64,000 nt of DNA from Candidatus Nealsonbacteria bacterium (GTDB taxonomy: Bacteria > Patescibacteriota > Minisyncoccia > Minisyncoccales > GWA2-38-27). The notes beneath the pieces were generated by a model that did no database searches, was not told where the DNA came from, and was given only the letters and a program-made list of their open reading frames with translations. Positions 56,193 to 64,000 of the stretch are shown in pieces (position 1 is the stretch's first letter; each line of letters begins with the position of its first letter). A program made the position numbers and the translations under genes. The DNA lies in NCBI GenBank assembly GCA_030617105.1, contig JAUWWC010000001.1:4759-68758 (forward strand), given 5' to 3'.

Positions 56193-57070
56193 GCTTTTTT
56201 GATAACTTTAATAGCTTCCTTATAATCCTTAATCCAGTAAATTCTTTTATCTCTTTTGAACCAGGTCATTTGACGTTTGGCAAAATGTTCGCTTTCTTTT
56301 TGAATTCTATCTGTCATTTCTTTTTTAGTAATTTTGTTTTGAAGATATAAAGCGATATATTTATATTCCAAACCAAACTCTTCCAAACGTTTCCAAGAAA
56401 CACCTGATTTTCTTAACTTTTTAACTTCAGCTATCATTCCTTGCTTTAATCTTTTTAATAATCTTTTTCTAATTCGTTCTTTAAGTTCTTCAGGGTCTTT
56501 TTTTACACCAAGTATTAAAACTTCAAATTGAGGTTTATTTTTTTTGAGCAATGGAACTGGTTTTTTAGTTTTAATAACAATTTCTAATGCTCTTATTAAT
56601 CTTCTTTTATTTTTACTTTCAATGCTTTTAGCTCGACGAGGATCAAGCTTTTTCAGCATTTTAAAAAGTTCTTGGATACTTTTCTTCTCAAGCTTTTTTC
56701 TTAATTTCCAGTCTGGTTTTATTGAAGGAATAATAATGCCGTCTATTACTGCTTGGATATAAAAGCCGGTTCCTCCAACTAAAAATGGGATTTTGCTTTT
56801 CTTTTGTATTTCATTTATTGCTTTTAGAGCCAGTTTCTTATATTGAGTAACAGTGAATTTTCTTTTTGGAGATGTGACATCCAAAAGATGATGGGGCATA
56901 CCCTCCATTTCTTTTTTTGTAATTTTGCCGGTTCCAATGTCCATTCTTTTATATACTTGTCTTGAATCAGCAGAAACAACCTCGCCATCAAATTTTTTAG
57001 CAAGTTTAATTGATAAATCTGTCTTTCCTGAAGCCGTCGGTCCCAAAATGACAATTAGTTTGTTTGTCAT
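56177..57070 (-). CDS. miaA: tRNA dimethylallyltransferase
   Basis: GPTASGKT, DSRQVY..MDIGT, GGTG.Y, AKRQ.TW. Confidence 0.97.
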   Translation of the reverse strand: MTNKLIVILGPTASGKTDLSIKLAKKFDGEVVSADSRQVYKRMDIGTGKITKKEMEGMPHHLLDVTSPKRKFTVTQYKKLALKAINEIQKKSKIPFLVGGTGFYIQAVIDGIIIPSIKPDWKLRKKLEKKSIQELFKMLKKLDPRRAKSIESKNKRRLIRALEIVIKTKKPVPLLKKNKPQFEVLILGVKKDPEELKERIRKRLLKRLKQGMIAEVKKLRKSGVSWKRLEEFGLEYKYIALYLQNKITKKEMTDRIQKESEHFAKRQMTWFKRDKRIYWIKDYKEAIKVIKKAKPSF

Positions 57071-57147
57071 ATTCTTAAAAGTATGTTATGTTTTAATTAG
57101 AAGCTCTTTAACATCAATATAACGATTAAAATACAAGGAGATAAAAA
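57064..57147 (+). promoter_or_regulatory. Cassette leader with near-canonical boxA
   Basis: TTGTCA-17-TATGTT; GCTCTTTAACA (57103-57113); AAGGAG. Confidence 0.65.
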
Positions 57148-57504
57148 ATGGAAAAGTTTGGATCTTTTATAAGCGTTTTGCTTGGTCTCTGTGTTGTTAT
57201 ATTTATTGCTCCTTTTTTATGGTTATTTCTTTTTTTCTTGGGATTATTTGTTGGCGGTTCGTTAGCTGAACATTTGAATAAACATATTAAAGGGAAGTTG
57301 ATTCAGAAAATGATTACCTTTTTTATGGTTTTATTCTTTTTGTTTCTTGCTCTGTGGATTATCATCATATGTATTTCAAACCTAAATTGGATTTGTGCTG
57401 TTGCTTTTGTTGCTATGTTAATTTTTACCTGTTTGCATCTGTGTGTTTTCGGTTGCGTTCTCGGTTTTGTTTCATTAAAGAAGGGAGTGCGAAAGCTGTT
57501 CTAA
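57148..57504 (+). CDS. Hydrophobic membrane protein (accessory cassette)
   Basis: 3-4 TM helices; SD; terminator at 57491-57521. Confidence 0.7.
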   Translation: MEKFGSFISVLLGLCVVIFIAPFLWLFLFFLGLFVGGSLAEHLNKHIKGKLIQKMITFFMVLFFLFLALWIIIICISNLNWICAVAFVAMLIFTCLHLCVFGCVLGFVSLKKGVRKLF

Positions 57505-57521
57505 TTCAGAGCAGCTTTTTT
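57491..57521. terminator. Terminator
   Basis: AAAGCTGTTCT-AATTC-AGAGCAGCTTT plus T tract. Confidence 0.8.
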
Positions 57522-57525
57522 CTTT

Positions 57526-58524
57526 TTAGGTTCCAGGCAAGGGCGTTGGTGATTTTTGTTTTAAGGTTTTTTCTAAGATTTTTTCCCGGCGTTTTTTTTC
57601 TTTTTGAGAAACATTATCTTTTAATTTAGCTGCTGCTGTGCCTGATCGGGGAGAATATCTTGAAATATAAGCTATATCATATTTGATTTCTTTAAATAAT
57701 TTTACTGTATTTTCAAATTGCTTTTTTGTTTCTCCAGGGAAACCAACAATTACATCTGTTGACAAGTTTATATTTGGAATTTTGCTTCTGATTTTCTTAA
57801 CTAATTTTTTATATTGGGCAACTGTATAGGGTCGATTCATTTTCTTTAAAATTTCATCATCTCCTGATTGAACCGGCAAATTTAAGTATTTTGCTACTTT
57901 TTTGCATTCTGCCATTGCTTTAATTAAATCATCTGAAAAATCCTTTGGATGCGAAGAAGTAAATCTTATCCAAAACTTGCCAGGTATACTGTTAATTTTT
58001 CTTAATAGTTTAGAAAAGGGGATATCTGAATAAGAGTTTACGTTTTGTCCCAAAAGCCAGATTTCTTTATATCCTTGCTTAACTAATTTTTTTACTTCAT
58101 AGATAATTTCATCAGCTGGTCTTGAAATTTCTCTTCCTCGAGTATATGGAACAACACAATAAGCGCAGAAATTATTACATCCAGTCATTATCGGAACAAA
58201 TGCCTTAATATTATCTGAGTATTTTTGTTTATTTTTAGTAAATTCTTTAATATCAATAATTTCATCAAAATATTTACTAAACTTTTTTCTATCTTTTTTT
58301 AAAATACATCCAGTTAAGATGCTCTTTTTCTCTTTTATTTTCGGCAGTAAACCATAAACTCTATCAACTGCTGACTGCCTCACCGAGCACATATTCACCA
58401 CAACTAAATCAGCTTTTTTAATATCTAAAGCTCGTTTATATCCTTTATTTTCTAAAACCGCTGCAATCTTCTCTGAATCTGCTTTATTCATTTGGCACCC
58501 AAAAGTAACTAAAAAGTATTTCAT
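57526..58524 (-). CDS. miaB: MiaB-family tRNA methylthiotransferase without TRAM domain
   Basis: TFGCQMN, N.C.VR, CNNFCAYC radical SAM motif; start moved to 58524. Confidence 0.9.
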   Translation of the reverse strand: MKYFLVTFGCQMNKADSEKIAAVLENKGYKRALDIKKADLVVVNMCSVRQSAVDRVYGLLPKIKEKKSILTGCILKKDRKKFSKYFDEIIDIKEFTKNKQKYSDNIKAFVPIMTGCNNFCAYCVVPYTRGREISRPADEIIYEVKKLVKQGYKEIWLLGQNVNSYSDIPFSKLLRKINSIPGKFWIRFTSSHPKDFSDDLIKAMAECKKVAKYLNLPVQSGDDEILKKMNRPYTVAQYKKLVKKIRSKIPNINLSTDVIVGFPGETKKQFENTVKLFKEIKYDIAYISRYSPRSGTAAAKLKDNVSQKEKKRREKILEKTLKQKSPTPLPGT

Positions 58525-58578
58525 ACAAATCATTTTACAATAAAAAAACAGCCCTTTCAAGGGCTATTTTTAATGTTA

Positions 58579-60162
58579 TCAATGTATCTTCTCCTTTTTT
58601 TCTTTGAGAAAGTAGCGCCATTGTTCAATGAATTCCACAAAAACAGCGAATGGCATATCTATTAACGCGCTGAAAAAGACAGCTATTACATTGTATCTTT
58701 TCCATTTATTTGTAAGCCATTTTCCTAATTGAATAACTGGAACAGCAAATGGGTCAATAAAGAAATGGAATAATGTTTCTTTTTCTTCAATTACTTGCAG
58801 CTCTTTTGCTCTTTGTCTGATTTTTGCTCCAGCAAAAGCAATCAATGATAAGAAAACAACAAATATTACATAAGAGAGGGGAGGGAAGTTTACTTGGTAA
58901 AGGCCCCACACTATTAGAGCAAGAATAGCAATGAATCCTAAAAGATAGAAAAGATTAATAAAGGCCTCAAATATAATGTTTCTTTTTCTGAATTTCTTTA
59001 TTTCATAAACATCTTTTTCATCTTTTCCATAAACAGTTTTCATAACTTCCATTAATACTTTGCCAAGATTTTCTCTTTTGGGCGGTTTAATTGTTATAAC
59101 TAATAAAAACATTAAAAAGGTGGGGCCTAGAATATCTATTGTGATAGCACTGGGTTTAAAGAAATATCCAGTAATCCATATATTAAAGGGCATTTCTATG
59201 AGCAGAAGAGAAACAATATTAGTAAGAAAAATTGATAAAGTTGCATAAAAAGCAGCTCGTCCTAATCTTTTCTTTAATGTTTTAACTCTCTCATTGTAAT
59301 GAGCTGTAATTAATGCTTCTAATAATTCTGGGTCTGAAAGTTTTTCTTTAGCTTCTGTTGGATTTTTAGAAAGAACATCTCCTAAAAGCAGAAAAGGGGT
59401 ATCATATTTTTCGCAGATTTGGTAAAACTTATCACTTAGAGGATGACTAAGATCTCTTTCTATGTTTTCTTTGACTGAATAAATATTTTGATTTGCCCAG
59501 TCAGCATATTTGTGTTTAAAAAGATGATAACTAATTACCGGAGCATCTAATTTGAACAGAGCCCGTTGCACAGCAATATATGTTTGAGTATTCTTTTCTT
59601 GTTCGCTAATTTTGATTTTTTCGCTTAGTTTAATTCTTTGATTTATTATTTCAAACATATAGGTAATAAGAGCTCTCTCTTTAATAGAAGGGCTGAGAAT
59701 TTCTTCTATTTCGCATGCAGCAATTCCTGAAATCCAGCTGTAGAGTTGGAGTTTTGACTTTTTAGGGCCAGATTGAGCTTGATTTAGAATAAAGATATAT
59801 TTATCAATTGTTTTTTGAACTTCTTGAATTTTTGATTCTTCAATCTTGTCGTTTGGAAAATGACCGCCTCTAATCAATTCTAAAACCAGGGGTTCGGCAA
59901 TTAGTTTTTGAGAAAAGTTTCCATTACTTAAATCTAATTGAGAAAAGAGTCGTCTTTTTAGAATCCTTTCAATTGCTCTTCTTTTTAAAAGATGCTCTTC
60001 TTTCCAGTCAATAATCCCTCTTATCTTTTCATAAAAAGCAGCTACTTTTGAAGCAACTTCATCAACATGAATAGTAGTTATTCCTTGTTTTGGCTGAAAG
60101 GATTGATACCACTGCTGATATCTGGATATTAGTTTTTGAGTTGGTTGGGATAATTGGGTCAT
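58579..60162 (-). CDS. Conserved hypothetical membrane protein (CPR-type)
   Basis: YEK.R...DW.EEHLL.R.AIERIL.R; C-terminal TM cluster. Confidence 0.75.
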   Translation of the reverse strand: MTQLSQPTQKLISRYQQWYQSFQPKQGITTIHVDEVASKVAAFYEKIRGIIDWKEEHLLKRRAIERILKRRLFSQLDLSNGNFSQKLIAEPLVLELIRGGHFPNDKIEESKIQEVQKTIDKYIFILNQAQSGPKKSKLQLYSWISGIAACEIEEILSPSIKERALITYMFEIINQRIKLSEKIKISEQEKNTQTYIAVQRALFKLDAPVISYHLFKHKYADWANQNIYSVKENIERDLSHPLSDKFYQICEKYDTPFLLLGDVLSKNPTEAKEKLSDPELLEALITAHYNERVKTLKKRLGRAAFYATLSIFLTNIVSLLLIEMPFNIWITGYFFKPSAITIDILGPTFLMFLLVITIKPPKRENLGKVLMEVMKTVYGKDEKDVYEIKKFRKRNIIFEAFINLFYLLGFIAILALIVWGLYQVNFPPLSYVIFVVFLSLIAFAGAKIRQRAKELQVIEEKETLFHFFIDPFAVPVIQLGKWLTNKWKRYNVIAVFFSALIDMPFAVFVEFIEQWRYFLKEKKEKIH

Positions 60163-61832
60163 ATTTTATCAATAAATTTGTCAATCTTCATTTCTCCAAT
60201 GTCGCCTTTTCCTCTTTGTCTGATTCTAACTGATTTATTTTCCATTTCTTTATCTCCGACAACTAAAATATATGGGATTTTCTGGATTTCACCTTGCCTG
60301 ATTTTCTTAGAAACTGTTTCATTTTCATCTTTCACTTCTATCCTAAAGAGATTTAGTTCTTTTTCAACTTCTTTGGCATATTTTTTGTGGCGAGCGCCTA
60401 CCGGGATTATCCAGATTTGAACAGGAGAAAGCCATAAAGGTAGAGCGCCTTCATAGTGTTCCAATAAAACACCAATAAACCTTTCCAAAGAGCCTAGTAA
60501 AGCCCGATGAATTAGAATTGGTTCTTTCTTTTTACCTTTCTTGTCAATATATGAAATATTAAATGCTTTTGGCAGGTTAAAATCAATCTGGAAGGTGCTG
60601 CACTGCCAGGGTCTTCCTATAGAATCTTTGATTTTTATATCAATCTTAGGACCGTAAAAGATTCCTCCTTCAGGGTCAGTTTGATATTTTAGTTTTAATT
60701 TGTCACAGGCGTATTTTAAGGAATTAGTAGCTTTTTGCCACATTTTCAGAGTACCCATGAATTTCTTGGGTCTGGTAGATAAATAGATCTCATAATCTTT
60801 AAACCCAAATGTTTTAAGAATTTTAAGTCCATACTTTAACATTGAAGTTAGCTCATTGCTTAATTGGTCAGGAGCACAAAAGATGTGAGCATCATCCTGG
60901 GTAAAGCCGCGAACTCTGGTTAATCCATGCAAAACTCCTGATTTTTCGTATCTATAAACAGTTCCTAACTCAGCAAACTTTATAGGCAAATCCTTATAAC
61001 TTCTGATTTTTGATTGATAAACTTTAATATGGAAAGGACAGTTCATTGGTTTTAGTAGATATTCTTCTTTATCAATTTTAATAGGGGCGTAGATGTTTTC
61101 TCTGTAGAAATCCCAGTGTCCAGAAGTTTTCCAAAGAGAAAGTTTGCCAATATGAGGAGTAGTTAGCCATTCATAACCCTGAGAGGTTAACTCTTCATAT
61201 AAATAGTTTTCAATAATATGACGGAGAATAGTTCCTTTGCCATGCCAGAGAGGAAGACCAGCCCCAACTTCTTCATTAATGCTGAATAGTTCTAATTTTT
61301 GTCCTAATTTTCTATGATCTCTTTTTTCTGCTTCTTGCTGGATTTTTAAATATTTATCCAATTCTTTCTTCGTTTCAAAAGCAACTCCATAGATTCTGGT
61401 GAGCATTTTATTTTTTTCATCACCTTTCCAATAAGCACCAGCAAGCTTTGTTAACTTAAATGCATTTGGATTTATTTCTTTGCTTGACTTGACATGAGGC
61501 CCCTTGCACAAATCAATAAAATCTCCTGTCTGATAAATTGACAGAGACTTGGTCTCTGATAGCTCTAATTTGTAGGGTTGAGTTTTGAATATTTTTTTCG
61601 CTTCTTTTTTTGAGATTTTTTTCTTTTTGAATTTAATATCTTTTCTAATTATTTCTTTCATTTTCTTTTCAATCTTTGGTAAGTCAGTATCAGAGATTTT
61701 TAACTTGTCAAAATCATAATAAAAGCCATTTTCAATCGCTGGCCCAATGCCAAACTTCACTCTAGGATAGAGTTCCTTCACAGCAGCTGCTAAAATATGC
61801 GCTAAAGAATGACGAATAATATCAAGTTTCAT
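60159..61832 (-). CDS. thrS: Threonine--tRNA ligase without TGS domain
   Basis: RHSLAH, DLCKGPH, RDHRKLG, KPMNCP, RVRGFTQDD. Confidence 0.97.
   Translation of the reverse strand: MKLDIIRHSLAHILAAAVKELYPRVKFGIGPAIENGFYYDFDKLKISDTDLPKIEKKMKEIIRKDIKFKKKKISKKEAKKIFKTQPYKLELSETKSLSIYQTGDFIDLCKGPHVKSSKEINPNAFKLTKLAGAYWKGDEKNKMLTRIYGVAFETKKELDKYLKIQQEAEKRDHRKLGQKLELFSINEEVGAGLPLWHGKGTILRHIIENYLYEELTSQGYEWLTTPHIGKLSLWKTSGHWDFYRENIYAPIKIDKEEYLLKPMNCPFHIKVYQSKIRSYKDLPIKFAELGTVYRYEKSGVLHGLTRVRGFTQDDAHIFCAPDQLSNELTSMLKYGLKILKTFGFKDYEIYLSTRPKKFMGTLKMWQKATNSLKYACDKLKLKYQTDPEGGIFYGPKIDIKIKDSIGRPWQCSTFQIDFNLPKAFNISYIDKKGKKKEPILIHRALLGSLERFIGVLLEHYEGALPLWLSPVQIWIIPVGARHKKYAKEVEKELNLFRIEVKDENETVSKKIRQGEIQKIPYILVVGDKEMENKSVRIRQRGKGDIGEMKIDKFIDKI
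61541..61567. repeat. Palindromic element in-frame in thrS
   Basis: Coding strand TAGAGCTATCAGAGACCAAGTCTCTGT. Confidence 0.75.
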
Positions 61833-64000
61833 ATATTTCTTCAACTTGTTCTGCTATTATTTTAGGTATGTTGTTTCGGTCGTCAACTCTTCCTGAAATA
61901 AAGACAATTTTGTTTTTTTGAAAAACAGTAGGATTTCTTTCAATTACTCCTGGGAAAACCACTATCTCTGTTTTATCAGTTAAGTCCTCTAATTTAACAA
62001 AAAGCATTGGCTGGCCCTTGCGAGTAATAATTTTTTTAATCCCAGAAATTATTCCTCCAACTCTAACCCTGGAATTCACCAAGCCGTTCTTGATTTCAGC
62101 CAAAGATACGGTTTTTCTCTGAAGAATACTTTTAAAATCTTCTAAAGGATGAGAGCTCACATAGAGACCTAACAGTTCTTTTTCCCAGCTTAGTTTTTCA
62201 AAGTTTGTTGCTGGAGCAGCTTGTTCCAAATTTATATTATTACTAAAAGCATTTTCATCAAAAAGACCTTTTTGTCCGTTCATTCTGCTTTTTTGAGATT
62301 CTTTTGACCATTCTAACAACCTTTCTAAATTATGCAATAATTTATTCCTTTCTGCAAATTCATCAAAGGCTCCAGCTTTAATCAAACTCTCTAATGACTT
62401 TTTATTTAAATCTTTGGAATTAACTCTTTGAACAAAATCTTCAATGCTTTTGAAACGACCATTGTTTTTTACTTCTTCAACAGTCACATCAATTACATTC
62501 TCACCAACATTTTTAATAGCCAAAAGCCCAAATCTTATCTTATTCTCTTTTGGAACTACTGTAAAGTTTTTCAAGCTTTCATTAATATTCGGAGCAAGGA
62601 CCTCAATTTTCATTCTTTTACATTCTTCAATTAAAACAGCAGTCCTTTCAATATCTATTTTTTCAGAGGTTAGAAGAGAAGCCATAAATTCAACTGGGTA
62701 ATGAGCTTTCAGATAAGCGGTCTGATAGGCAATAGTGGCATAGGCCGTAGAATGACTTTTATTAAATCCGTAATGTGCAAAAGGTAAAACCCATTGCCAG
62801 ATTTTTTGGGCAACATCTTCTTCAATCCCATTTTTTATCATTCCTTTAATGAACTTTTCTTCCTGGCCGTGAAGCAAGCTTTCTATCTTTTTCCCAACAG
62901 CTTTTCTTAAAATGTCAGCCTCAGCAAGAGTGAAACCTGCCAATTGCTGAGCAATCTGCATTAACTGTTCCTGAAAAATACAAATACCCTGAGTTTTTTC
63001 TAAAATTGGTTTTAGTTTGGGATGCAGATATTCTATTCTCTGTTTTTTATGTTTTCTAGCAATATAGTCAGGGATAAACTGGATTGGACCTGGTCTGTAA
63101 AGCGCAATCATAGCAACAATATCTTCAAATTCAGTAGGTTCTAATTGCTTTAAATATCTTGTCATTCCATCACCCTCTAATTGGAATATGCCTTTTGTAT
63201 GTCCTTTTTGCAAAAGTTTAAATGTTTCTCTGTTATCAAAAGGAATATTTTCAATATCCACTTTAAGTCCATTTCTAAGAACATATATTCGTGACAAGGT
63301 ATCTTCTATAATAGTTAGGTTTTTCAGGCCTAGAAGGTCCATTTTTAAAAGTCCTAAGTCCTCAATTGAATGCATTTCGTATTGAGTAACAATGTTTTCG
63401 TCGTTTTGCGTAGGACGTTGAAGAGGGATTAAATTGGAAAGTGGTTGGTCAGATATTACTATTCCGCAAGCATGAGTTGAGGCGTGACGGGCTACTCCTT
63501 CCAGTTTTTTCGCTAAATTAATTAGTTTTTTTGCTTGTTCATCAGTTTGATAAATGTTTTTGAATTCATCAACTTTTTTTAAGGTTTCATCTAAGTTAAA
63601 GCCAAAAGGAATCATTTTTGCAATCTGGTCGCAATAAGAATAAGCATAGCCCAAAGCGCGGCCAACATCTCTAATTACAGCCCTGGCAGCCATTGTTCCA
63701 AAAGTAATTATCTGAGCGACCTTGTCTTTTCCATATTTTTGAGCAATATATTCAATAACTTCATCTCTTCTTCTGTCAGTGAAATCAAGATCAATGTCAG
63801 GCATTGATATTCTTGCTGGGTTTAAGAATCTTTCAAACAAAAGATTATTTTTAAGAGGGTCAACATTAGTGATATTTAGTAGATAAGAAACCAGAGAACC
63901 CGGAGCTGAACCTCTTCCTGGGCCAACAACAATTCTTTGTTGTTTAGCCCAGTTAACAAAATCCTGAACAATTAAAAAATAGGAGGCAAAGCCAGTTTGT
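61822..64000 (-). CDS. dnaE: DNA polymerase III alpha subunit (5' part outside the window)
   Basis: FERFLNP.R.SMPDID.DF, YGFNKSH; frame continues upstream (GPGRGS) to the window edge. Confidence 0.97.
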   Translation of the reverse strand, partial: QTGFASYFLIVQDFVNWAKQQRIVVGPGRGSAPGSLVSYLLNITNVDPLKNNLLFERFLNPARISMPDIDLDFTDRRRDEVIEYIAQKYGKDKVAQIITFGTMAARAVIRDVGRALGYAYSYCDQIAKMIPFGFNLDETLKKVDEFKNIYQTDEQAKKLINLAKKLEGVARHASTHACGIVISDQPLSNLIPLQRPTQNDENIVTQYEMHSIEDLGLLKMDLLGLKNLTIIEDTLSRIYVLRNGLKVDIENIPFDNRETFKLLQKGHTKGIFQLEGDGMTRYLKQLEPTEFEDIVAMIALYRPGPIQFIPDYIARKHKKQRIEYLHPKLKPILEKTQGICIFQEQLMQIAQQLAGFTLAEADILRKAVGKKIESLLHGQEEKFIKGMIKNGIEEDVAQKIWQWVLPFAHYGFNKSHSTAYATIAYQTAYLKAHYPVEFMASLLTSEKIDIERTAVLIEECKRMKIEVLAPNINESLKNFTVVPKENKIRFGLLAIKNVGENVIDVTVEEVKNNGRFKSIEDFVQRVNSKDLNKKSLESLIKAGAFDEFAERNKLLHNLERLLEWSKESQKSRMNGQKGLFDENAFSNNINLEQAAPATNFEKLSWEKELLGLYVSSHPLEDFKSILQRKTVSLAEIKNGLVNSRVRVGGIISGIKKIITRKGQPMLFVKLEDLTDKTEIVVFPGVIERNPTVFQKNKIVFISGRVDDRNNIPKIIAEQVEEIYET

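Noticed and set aside
2066-57521. Integron gene cassettes
   Set aside because: No integrase or attC-like sites seen; these units are dispersed and carry their own promoters.
3719-63385. Many short antisense or overlapping ORFs in the six-frame track (e.g. 16077-16577, 43622-44179, 54494-54799)
   Set aside because: Shadows of well-supported genes, with no motifs or expression signals.

Overview
AT-rich chromosomal segment of a Candidate Phyla Radiation bacterium (Patescibacteria, Parcubacteria-like). This is inferred from the missing rpmD in the spc operon, no rplA after rplK, streamlined aminoacyl-tRNA synthetases and CPR-type hypothetical proteins. The backbone is housekeeping: spc and alpha operons, alaS, proS, pheST, thrS, gatCAB, gyrB, dnaE, two mreB, murA, secE-nusG-rplK, dCMP deaminase-tmk-thyX, miaAB. 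About 11 accessory transcription units are inserted into it and share one layout: sigma70 promoter (TTGACA-16/17-TAxxxT), often a 5' hairpin, a boxA-like motif, a strong GAAAGGAG Shine-Dalgarno, the ORF(s) and usually an intrinsic terminator. Housekeeping genes lack SD sequences and many look leaderless. The cargo includes a MotA/ExbB-like + ExbD-like + large secreted protein triad, domain-shuffled secreted proteins, a GH17 glucanase, a partial de novo pyrimidine operon and small membrane ORFans. Also present are an initiator-like tRNA(CAU) split by a 189-nt group I intron with a free-standing LAGLIDADG gene behind it, a solo Cas4-like nuclease, and a short palindromic element lying in-frame inside gatA, pheT and thrS. 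All calls come from reading the sequence by eye; no searches were run.
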